A stretch of DNA of 62,223 bases, counting the filler, from Deltaproteobacteria bacterium (GTDB lineage Bacteria; JAEEML01), in assembly GCA_016283195.1 (NCBI GenBank). It is 4 parts of 4 records of this genome, joined end to end, with 100 filler letters (N's around TTAATTAATTAA, not from the genome) between each part and the next. Parts side by side here need not be neighbours in the genome. Positions count along the whole stretch, not along the records: positions 47,421 to 58,264 come from JAEEML010000058.1; 3 more parts are not named here. One strand, 5' to 3'. Under the pieces are notes generated by a model that saw only the letters and a program-made list of their open reading frames with translations, made no database searches and was not told the DNA's origin. The translations under genes were made by a program, and so were the position numbers. Within the stretch, counting starts at the first letter, position 1. Every line of letters starts with the position of its first letter. This document shows positions 47,421 to 55,904 of this stretch, in pieces.

Positions 47421-49847
47421 GGTGAGATCCCAGCCGCAGTCTTCATAAGACTTTTCAATGGCCTCTTTTAAGACGGCGGGCATGGCGGCATACATGGGCC
47501 AGGCGGCGTTGAAAATCTCAATAAGGCGGTCCAGGTGTTCCAAAATGTGAATATTATTCGCCGCTTCGCTCCCTCCGTGCGGGAAGCTGAAGGGATTTAA
47601 GCGCAAAAGCGGGGCGATCTCCTTATTGGTGCCAAAGACGGCGGCCTTTTGCGCGAAGAGGTGCTTATATTCGCCCTTGGCCGGCTCGATGACTAAAAAT
47701 TTAGCCCCCAGTTCGCTGGCGCTTTGTAAAATTTTATAGACTGTGTTGGATTTGCCGCTGCCGGTCGAGCCGGTAATGAAGGTGTGTGAAACCAAAGAAT
47801 TTGCATTGATATTGCAATCGGCATTTTCGGCATGAAGCATGTGGAAAATTTTACCTAGTTTTAGATGCTTACTAGCGATGCCGGGCTTAAAAGTAGCGAT
47901 GTTTCGACCAAATTTGGCGCATTCAATAACCGGCAAACCAGATATTGATTTCAAAGGAAAGTTTAGGGCATACGAAAGTTCTTTTCCGGACAAGGCTGTT
48001 GTTGGGGTAACAATTGTCGGATAAAGATTTAAAGTTTCATCCTCCGATAACATATTTTCATCTATCCCCAAAATAGGGTGTAGAAGATTTTTGAGATATA
48101 GGCATATTTCTTTTGCCGATGCTGATTCAGTGTCATTTTTATCTCCGCGCCAAATATTTATAGCTGCTTGGCTCATATGAGAGTCTTTGCCTTGAGTAAG
48201 CGCCCAATAAGAATGAGCCACACTCTGAGTTATATCGTGTTTTTGACTAATAACATAAGCGCCAAATTCCCAAGCACCCAGTGCCGAGCATGTATCAAAG
48301 CGCTTTATTTGAGCCTCAAGTTTTTCCAGAGCGTATTTAATATTATAGTTGGTGAAAGACTGTGTTGAACCTTCATTTTTGCCAACGGCAATAGATACAT
48401 TTGAGGAGCGGGCAAAATTTAAGCCAAAATTTGTACCGAGATTAAAATTTTTAGCAGTAGATATTGTATTTGAGATACCGCTTGTTAAGGCTTTGCCAAG
48501 CTGCCTGGCTAGAGTTTTTCCTATTGTTTTTGATGTGCTTTCACCTACAGTTTCAGACTGGCTGCGATTCCAAGAATGGTGATAATCTGTACCAGCTGTG
48601 CCGGTGATTGTGGTAGAAGCTCCTACAGTAGTGCTAGCACTAGCACTAGAGGTGGCACTAGCATTAACGCCACCAATTCCAGGTATACCAGCACTTCCAC
48701 CAGCAGTAACACTCTCACTTACACCAACAGTTGAACTCATATTAACACTCTGGCTTGTACTGCCGCTAACAAAACCACCGACAGTATCACTGCTCCCTTT
48801 GGTCTTAGTAGAGGAAGTTTGTCTGCCGGTGGTACTAGATTCCGATGTTGAAACAGAAGTACTTTCAGAACCAGATATAGAACTAGAAGTGCCAGCAGCA
48901 TTACTAATGCCATGTTGGATACCAGCACTTACACCAGCACTGGTTCCGGCAACAAACATTGAATTGATAGTTGACAAATCGGAAGTGGTAAAACTTGTTT
49001 GCCAGGAAGCATATGGAAAAAGACCGGAATATATTTCGGCCAAGTGTAGTTTTCTCTTCTCTATATCGAGTATTGGCGTGGCTAAAAGAATGATAGTATA
49101 GTCTTCAGAACCATTTGCTGATGGGATTGTTCCATCCAGAATTTTTTCGATAGTTTGACTTATAAATCTATCGGATTTTTCGCCTGGAATGTTACTGATA
49201 CTGGCAACAGAGGCATTGCGCTGTTCTAAGTCGCTTAAACAAGGTATTAATCCGAAAGATGTACATTTATCGGAGCTATTTATGGATGACTGTAAAGTTG
49301 AAAATTCTGAACCGGGGAAATTACCTCCAATGGCACGCCTTAATCTGTCCATATAGGAATAGACCAGTTTTCGTCCACTGGTGTTGGTGTCTTTTAGACT
49401 AACCACAGCGAGATATACTTGCGTCGTTTTATAAGTTCTATGAAATATGAGAGCAATATTGCATTCTTCATTAGCTAAGACACCATAAACATTGATTAGC
49501 TTCTCCAGGTTGTCTTCCGATGAATTAATAACCCACTTCGAAATATTTACATAGGAGATACTATAGAGTGGATCTACATGATTATCATATTTTATGGGAG
49601 AATAAAGTTCAGAAATATGTGGTAAATAGGAGTTAAAAATCTCTATACCAGCAGTTGCCAATAAGCGAGTAGTAAGCACATCATCAGTTAAATCTGGTTG
49701 CTCTGACAAATAAGAATCTCTTTTCTGTTCAATTTCTAATATCTGTTCAGGACTGAGTGAAGAACACTTTGCTATTTTATCAGCTACCTTGGACGCACCT
49801 TTTTTTATGGCATTTGCAGCGCGAATTTTTATAATAGAACCAATCAT
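47421..49847 (-). CDS. HerA/FtsK-superfamily (DUF87) ATPase with a long N-terminal extension and Ser/Thr/Gly-rich segment, 3' truncated
   Basis: HTFITGSTGSGKSN Walker A, FLVIEPAKGEY, LRLNPF, WPMYAAMP; runs into the gap. Confidence 0.85.
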
Positions 49848-49848
49848 A

Positions 49849-52467
49849 TTAATCCTCCAGATCCTCTTTGTCTTTCATTTCAATTAATGATTCAACATTT
49901 ACTTTATATTCACCAACTTTCTTGATTATCTTTAAGAAGTTTGCTTTCTCTGCTTCCAATTCGCTAAGGCTTTTGGATAATGTTATCAATGTTGGATTTA
50001 ATTTATCAACACTAGCTCTGGCTGTTGTTATAAGTTGCTCTGTCCATTCTTTAAATGATTCAAAATGGTCACTAATAGTTTTCTTAGAAATGTCTTTTAG
50101 CTCATGTCCAATCTTGACATTAAGATCAGTGCACAGTGAATCACTATCGATATTACGAGAAAACCATCTTCTGTATTTAAAATCTCCAACAAAGTCAAGA
50201 TCAGGTTTTTCAAGACTAATGGATTTAAATTCAAGTATGGCAGACTTTAATTGGGACTTTTGGATGTCAGATACAAGATTAGATTCTGTAATAAACTCTA
50301 AAATATTGGTTCGCAACTTCTCTGAATTATTCGTCCAATATTCACATGATTTATCGTGAATTTTGCTATTACTTTCACTTAAAATTGCATAATATTTCGC
50401 TTTGACATACTTTATGTTTTCTTTATATATTTTCTTGTCAACATCCTGCTTTTCGCTCCTGAATTTTAATTCGGCAGAAATCGGCACGGCTATATTAGTA
50501 AGAATATTTTTTGCACTCTCGCCAATCTCAGAAAAAGGCCTAACTGCTTCGGTTATATTAGCTTCTCGCTTTACCATAGCAACTAAGTTGCCTCCAAGTT
50601 TTGCAACATTTTCACCAAGTTTTGCAACATTTTCTGTTAGTTTCTTCTTCGCAGCTTCGCTTAAATCCTTGGCCTCTTTTTCCGATGAAGAAATTGACGA
50701 TTCAATATATTGTTGGCTAGAAATGCTGGCAAAATCGTTTTTAAGATCAGACTCATTAAATTTGCTATTTGGAAGCAACTCATCTGATATTTTGTCGGCT
50801 AAATTCTGTTTTTCATCGCTTAATTGAGTGATAGCTTCTTCTAGCTTTTCCTTGATTGATTCCAAGAGCTTCTTTTCGTTATCCTTTATGATTCTATTTA
50901 TAATAGTGATGGAACGCTCCTTTTCTTCTGATAACTCTTTGATTCTCCTGTTGATATCTTCAAAAACTTTATTTAGAAAATTGTATGCTTGCGTAGATTT
51001 GTTATATGCCGAATAAATATTGGCAAAATTAACTATTTCTTTTTCAATGCTATATAATCCGCTATTTAGATAAACTGGATCCGGATGCTCTGATTCTTTA
51101 TCACTGTCAAATCTTGCTTTAATTTGCGGAGCGAGAATATTATATTCATAAAATCTTTTGGTAAATTCTGACTCATCGGTATTTTCGAGAGAGTTATCAA
51201 ATTGATCCTTGTCTTTGCGATAGTTCCTTGAATCCTCTTTATTAATAAATTGACCATTGTTTTTAAAGCCAAGACCAAATAAAGCAGTTAGAAAATATAT
51301 CCCTTGTAGTCCTTTCTCTTTTAGTTTTTTTACTGCATTTGTTTGTTTTATTTTTTCGACATCATATTCTTTCACGTCAAATGTATTATCTGCCTTGTTG
51401 ACAATGACAATAGTAAAGCGCTGGTCAAGATTCTCGATTGATTGCAATTCAGTAATTAGAGTATCACTAGCATCTATCGATAACCCTTTCCAATCGGTGA
51501 TAAATATCGGTAGACCATTCGTTAGATTATGCATTTGGTTTTTTAGTAGTTCAAAATCCTTTTTATTGTCGATATTATCTGAACCAGGAGTGTCAAATAT
51601 AATGAGTTGGTTAACCGAATCTTTTAATACGCTGGAGTTGAAGGGAACTTCAATTGAGATAATATCTCCGATGCTATTGCAATCTGCGCCATCATATGAA
51701 TTCAAAAAAGTGAGGTATCTATTTATTCGTGCAGCCAAGCTTAAATCTTTTTCTGACGAGAAATTATTGAGGAGATCGCGAAAATCAGGAGGTATTTTAC
51801 CTTCTATTTGAGGTTTTTCCATTAAATTTATGCAAGCTAGCTCTCCCTTGTATTTAAATGATATTTTAGCACGATCAATATACTTAGATTTTTCAACTTT
51901 ATATAGCTTTGCGGTGCATCTACCAGCTGCTTTTGGCAAATACTCCCCACCAAGTAGGGCATTTATAAATGTAGATTTCCCGCTACTCACAGTGCCGATT
52001 ACACATATTGGGACTGAATCGTTAGCTGCATCAGAGTATTTTTCAATGCTTTTTCCCATTGATTCATCATATAAATCTGTTTTTTCAATTAGTATTTTTA
52101 ACTCTTTGAAAATTTTGTGTATATCTTCTATAACATCTCTTCCGTTATTGAGATAACGATCGCCTTCATTTATTTTTATTTTTTCAAAGTTTGTAGATAT
52201 TGACTGAGCCTCTTTTAGCTCTTTGAGTTCATCACTTGTTCCCTCGAATATGATTTCAAGATTTCCATTATTATCTGCATAGGATATTCGAAGTTCCTCC
52301 AGAATATTGGAAGCATTAAATGGTAGAAAGCATTTTTTAAAATGTAAATTTCCTAGGTCGCTGCTGTTATCATTTCCTATTAATTCATCTCCGCTTTTCT
52401 CATCTGAAATGTAGTAGCTGATGTCCATGTTGTATGGATTATCTACGATTTTGATTTTTTTTGACAT
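49849..52467 (-). CDS. Bacterial dynamin-like GTPase
   Basis: G1 GTVSSGKSTFINALLG, G2 RCTA, G3 DTPG, G4 NKAD; long helical / coiled-coil C-terminus; AAGGAG RBS. Confidence 0.85.
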   Translation of the reverse strand: MSKKIKIVDNPYNMDISYYISDEKSGDELIGNDNSSDLGNLHFKKCFLPFNASNILEELRISYADNNGNLEIIFEGTSDELKELKEAQSISTNFEKIKINEGDRYLNNGRDVIEDIHKIFKELKILIEKTDLYDESMGKSIEKYSDAANDSVPICVIGTVSSGKSTFINALLGGEYLPKAAGRCTAKLYKVEKSKYIDRAKISFKYKGELACINLMEKPQIEGKIPPDFRDLLNNFSSEKDLSLAARINRYLTFLNSYDGADCNSIGDIISIEVPFNSSVLKDSVNQLIIFDTPGSDNIDNKKDFELLKNQMHNLTNGLPIFITDWKGLSIDASDTLITELQSIENLDQRFTIVIVNKADNTFDVKEYDVEKIKQTNAVKKLKEKGLQGIYFLTALFGLGFKNNGQFINKEDSRNYRKDKDQFDNSLENTDESEFTKRFYEYNILAPQIKARFDSDKESEHPDPVYLNSGLYSIEKEIVNFANIYSAYNKSTQAYNFLNKVFEDINRRIKELSEEKERSITIINRIIKDNEKKLLESIKEKLEEAITQLSDEKQNLADKISDELLPNSKFNESDLKNDFASISSQQYIESSISSSEKEAKDLSEAAKKKLTENVAKLGENVAKLGGNLVAMVKREANITEAVRPFSEIGESAKNILTNIAVPISAELKFRSEKQDVDKKIYKENIKYVKAKYYAILSESNSKIHDKSCEYWTNNSEKLRTNILEFITESNLVSDIQKSQLKSAILEFKSISLEKPDLDFVGDFKYRRWFSRNIDSDSLCTDLNVKIGHELKDISKKTISDHFESFKEWTEQLITTARASVDKLNPTLITLSKSLSELEAEKANFLKIIKKVGEYKVNVESLIEMKDKEDLED

Positions 52468-52660
52468 ATTATGTGCTCCTTTATGAGTATGTGTTATAGA
52501 GTTTAAGGCCTTTATCCTAGTCTATTACGGGTATATAAAGCCGGTTTGTTAATATTGGGTGATTTGGTAGTAAAAATGGATTTGATGGTACCAATATTTT
52601 AGAATACAATGTGGTGAAAAAAAACTGCTTAATTTTCTCGAAAAAAGTTGAAAAAAAGAC

Positions 52661-52689
52661 TTGACAACCGATTATAGATCGAATATTCT
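52661..52689 (+). promoter_or_regulatory. Candidate sigma70 promoter, antisense to the leader
   Basis: TTGACA (52661-52666), 17-nt spacer, TATTCT (52684-52689). Confidence 0.5.
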
Positions 52690-52791
52690 TGATTGCTTGA
52701 TTGCTTGATTGCTTGATTGCTTGATTGCTTGATTGCTTGATTGCTTGATTGCTTGATTGCTTGATTGCTTGATTGCGCTAAGTATTGCCAT
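52672..52791 (-). CDS. 39-aa repeat-containing leader peptide (uORF) upstream of the dynamin operon
   Basis: GGAGGG 7 nt before ATG 52791; MAILSAI(KQSSNQAI)x3KQSRIFDL*, TAA at 52674-52672. Confidence 0.6.
   Translation of the reverse strand: MAILSAIKQSSNQAIKQSSNQAIKQSSNQAIKQSRIFDL
52688..52775. repeat. Simple sequence repeat (CTTGATTG)x11, read as CAATCAAG on the minus strand
   Basis: Eleven perfect 8-nt copies counted directly. Confidence 0.97.
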
Positions 52792-52824
52792 CAAGAGTCC
52801 CTCCGCCAAAACGCGAATGAAGCC

Positions 52825-52853
52825 AAGCTAGCATAGCGCATCTGGCGGCGCAA
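52825..52853 (-). promoter_or_regulatory. Candidate sigma70 promoter for the leader / dynamin / HerA transcript
   Basis: Minus strand: TTGCGC (52853-52848), 17-nt spacer ending in TGC, then TAGCTT (52830-52825), an extended -10. Confidence 0.4.
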
Positions 52854-52971
52854 GAGGAAAATGCAATCTACCGATTTCTAAAATATCTTTGCAATTTTAA
52901 ACCCGGCTTTAAATTTGTAGGAATATGAAATTAAGTCCCTGCAACATTTGACTGCTAGTTTCCCAAAAATC

Positions 52972-53553
52972 TTAATTTTTGGGGCAAGTTGGCGCTGCTT
53001 CCTCAATTATCACCTGCAAAGTAAAGGGCTTAGAGGCTTTCCTGGCCAGGCCGAGCCCGAGATAACGGACTTCGATTTGTGCCGGACCAAGAGCTAAGGT
53101 GTTAAATTCACAGCGATAGTGGCCGAGGCCGCGCTGATTTTCCGGCAAAGTGAAATGTTTTTCATATTCCAGAGCTAGCGGGCCAAAAGTGGCCGGATTA
53201 TCCCAGCGCTGGCTGCCGTCGCCCTCTTCGGCCAGGGAGATAACCAATTTTTGCCCCATGGCTATTCGCACAGTGGCGCCGTTATCTTCATAGCCGATGG
53301 CCGTTTGCCCAAGATGCCATTCGGCGGCCATTTTTTGCTCCAAACTGGCTATGTTTTTCTCCAAAAGGCGGTAGCCTCCAAGGGTGAGGCGCGGGTGCTG
53401 CAAAAGATTATTTAGAAGATTCAAAGTATTAGATGGGATAATATCTATTTGCGGCAAAAGCTCAATAATATCATTTATTTCTAAAAATGTGATATAACCT
53501 TCTTCTTCTTGCAAAAGGGGCAATATGTAGGCCGCTAAATCATCAATATTCAT
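52972..53553 (-). CDS. Hypothetical protein with a C-terminal chagasin/I42-like beta-sandwich
   Basis: DNGATVRIAMGQKLVISL...W...EFNTLALGPAQIEVRY...PFTLQVII pattern; start at 53553 follows the upstream stop. Confidence 0.55.
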   Translation of the reverse strand: MNIDDLAAYILPLLQEEEGYITFLEINDIIELLPQIDIIPSNTLNLLNNLLQHPRLTLGGYRLLEKNIASLEQKMAAEWHLGQTAIGYEDNGATVRIAMGQKLVISLAEEGDGSQRWDNPATFGPLALEYEKHFTLPENQRGLGHYRCEFNTLALGPAQIEVRYLGLGLARKASKPFTLQVIIEEAAPTCPKN

Positions 53554-53554
53554 C

Positions 53555-55438
53555 TTATTGCTCCCGCCAGAATTTGGCCGCAATGTGGCCGATTTTTTGG
53601 CCCCCGGCATTGGTGAGAGCCAGTGAAATGAGCGGCATGGTCTCTTTATCGTTAAGCGAAGCGGCTATGGTTAATTCTTCGCCCGCTTTTACCCTCTGGC
53701 CGGGAGTGAGCATAATAGTGATGTGGACCGGCTCGTTTTGCGCCCAGGGCGCGGCGGCTTTTTTCTCCCGCAGGCGGCGGAGAAGTTTGAGGAAAACTTC
53801 GCTCTTTAGGGCGCCGTTAGCGCTAATATCATCATTTTTTAGAATTATTTCCGTGAGGGCATCTGGCTCTTTGGTCTCTATGGTCTCTTTAGGCGGATTT
53901 AGCGGCACCGGTGAAAACTTTGGCACGGAGCAGGGGTGCGGAGTAAGGCCTTCGCGCTGGAGAATCTCTCGGGCAGCTACCCGGCCGTTGATGATAGATC
54001 CCATATAGCCGCCGCCGCCGCCGCGCCCCCAGGCTCCGGCAAAATAGAGCCCTTTTAAGAGGCCGTTATTGCCCAGGCGGAAGATGTCGGCCTGTTCCGG
54101 TATTTGCGCCCAGCCGTAAACTGCGCCCAATGGATTACCGGTGACCAGCGAGAGAGTGCGCGGGGTGGCCAGCTCGCTAAGAGTTATATGGCCTTTTATC
54201 TCCGGCAGATGGCGATAAAGTTTTTCCAGCATTATGGCGGCTGTTTTGGCCTTTTTCTCTTCATATTCGGCGCGGGAAATATTTACCCAGGGGGCTCCGG
54301 GGGCGAGTTCCAGCATTTGTAAAACGCCGTTTTCCGTGGTGGGAGCGGAACTATCTTCGGCAGAGTAACTACTTATAACGAAATCGCTTTTTTCGTATTG
54401 CTCATTAAGCGCCAGCTCATAAGCAAAGTTGTTATCGTCATAGTGATTAAAGAAATTACTGTGCGAAACTATCCCCAGATCTTGGGCTGGCTTGTCCAGG
54501 CCGATATACATGGTGATGAGTGAGGCCGAGGGTTCCAGTTTTTCCAGCCGGTTTAGGTAGGGCAGGGCAATATTGGCCTCTTTTAAGAGTTTTTTATAGG
54601 TATTTAACGGGCCGGCGTTCGATACCACAATAGGGGCGGAAAACTGCTCGCCGTTACTCAGCTCAACACCGGTAACTTGGCGATTTTCTACCAAAATTTT
54701 GCTGACTTTGGCGCAGGTTTTTACCGGTGAGCCCAGGTCATCTAGCGCCCCCTCCATGGTGGTGGTAAGAGCGCCGCCGCCGCCCACAATATAATAATTG
54801 CCGGAGAGTAAGTGCGAACCCATGACTTCCACAGCCCAGTTGGCGGCACAGCGGCTGTTGGGCAGGCCGGTTGATTGCCAGAGCTGGCCCAAAATAGTTT
54901 CCAGCCGGGGATTTGGGAAACACTCGGCCAAAAGTTCCGCATAAGTGCGGCGAAAATACCTGGCCGGAAAGTAACGCTCCACATCAACCGGGTTGCCCCA
55001 AAAGAGGTCATAATTTGCGTCAACTATTTCTTTGCAAATATTTAGAAATTTATTGATGCCCGCTTGCTCTTTTGGAAACAGATCGCCCAAATATTTGCCA
55101 ACTTCGGCGCTCCCGCCCGGGAGGTCATAGGCGGCATCGGGAAAAACCGAGCGAAACATTGGGTTGCGCTGGCGGATAGTCAGGCGGTCGTATATTTGTA
55201 AGTCTTTTAAAATACTGGCGAAATTACCATCTTTATCTAATGCCGGGGCAATGTGCAAAGAGGCATCAAAATTATACCGGCCGCGGCGGAAATTTTGGGC
55301 ATAGCCGCCAACTTTGGGCTGCTTTTCCAGAGTGAGTACTTTGAGCCCGGCCCGCGCGAGATGCAGAGCTGCGCTAAGCCCACCCAGGCCGGAGCCGATG
55401 ACAATGGCGTCAAATTGGGCATCTCCCATAAAAGACAT
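53555..55438 (-). CDS. Phytoene-desaturase / retinol-saturase-family FAD oxidoreductase with an extra C-terminal domain
   Basis: VIGSGLGGL, VGGYA, FDASLH, ATPRT, GAVYG, GLYFAG; about 120-aa extension, possibly hot-dog-like. Confidence 0.85.
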   Translation of the reverse strand: MSFMGDAQFDAIVIGSGLGGLSAALHLARAGLKVLTLEKQPKVGGYAQNFRRGRYNFDASLHIAPALDKDGNFASILKDLQIYDRLTIRQRNPMFRSVFPDAAYDLPGGSAEVGKYLGDLFPKEQAGINKFLNICKEIVDANYDLFWGNPVDVERYFPARYFRRTYAELLAECFPNPRLETILGQLWQSTGLPNSRCAANWAVEVMGSHLLSGNYYIVGGGGALTTTMEGALDDLGSPVKTCAKVSKILVENRQVTGVELSNGEQFSAPIVVSNAGPLNTYKKLLKEANIALPYLNRLEKLEPSASLITMYIGLDKPAQDLGIVSHSNFFNHYDDNNFAYELALNEQYEKSDFVISSYSAEDSSAPTTENGVLQMLELAPGAPWVNISRAEYEEKKAKTAAIMLEKLYRHLPEIKGHITLSELATPRTLSLVTGNPLGAVYGWAQIPEQADIFRLGNNGLLKGLYFAGAWGRGGGGGYMGSIINGRVAAREILQREGLTPHPCSVPKFSPVPLNPPKETIETKEPDALTEIILKNDDISANGALKSEVFLKLLRRLREKKAAAPWAQNEPVHITIMLTPGQRVKAGEELTIAASLNDKETMPLISLALTNAGGQKIGHIAAKFWREQ

Positions 55439-55595
55439 ATAAAAACCTCTAAGACGGGATGAAAAGACTCATACCGTTTTGCCATGATTCTCTACCACAC
55501 AAATTTCCAGTAATAAATCAAAAAGCGGCGGATTATTCCATAAACTCTGCCTGTCTAGCGGGAGGGGCAGTTTCAAGAAAATGGTTCTTTTAAAA

Positions 55596-55838
55596 ATCCA
55601 CAGCCTTCTGGCCAATTTGGCAGGTTCAGGGCTTACAATCCGGGCCAAAGAAGCCGGCAGCGCAATCGGTATTAGCATCATCGCTACCGGCATCGCTTTT
55701 AGCATCTTGAGTTTTGTCGGTTTGGGCATCCGTATTTTTGGCTGGCTCTTCTTTATGGCTGTCTCTTGGTTTAGTTCCGCACCCACTTAGGCAGAGCGCC
55801 ACAGCGAGTAGTAATAATAAATGATTGAACCTCTTCAT
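55596..55838 (-). pseudogene. Truncated EGF-module lipoprotein remnant
   Basis: Lipobox LSGC; CAAGFFGPDCKP-TGA-TC-QIGQKAVDF*, with TGA where the EGF-type Cys of CKPCTC is expected. Confidence 0.55.
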
Positions 55839-55904
55839 GCACTTTTCATGTAAAAAAGCTTTGTAAATTAATAAGATGCCCAGCTAAAATACACTATATT
55901 TCTT

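Noticed and set aside
48598-49101. 167-aa hydrophobic plus-strand ORF
   Set aside because: Antisense shadow of Ser/Thr codons in the HerA gene.
46617-49847. Operon link between HerA and the MYXO-CTERM-type gene; likewise pfaD with the gene at 58365
   Set aside because: They are separated by artificial linkers and lie on different contigs.
52688-52775. CRISPR array
   Set aside because: Perfect 8-nt tandem units with no spacers and no cas genes; a simple sequence repeat.
55626-55628. TGA as selenocysteine
   Set aside because: Read-through adds only about 11 residues before TAA, the EGF module is incomplete, and I see no convincing SECIS hairpin.
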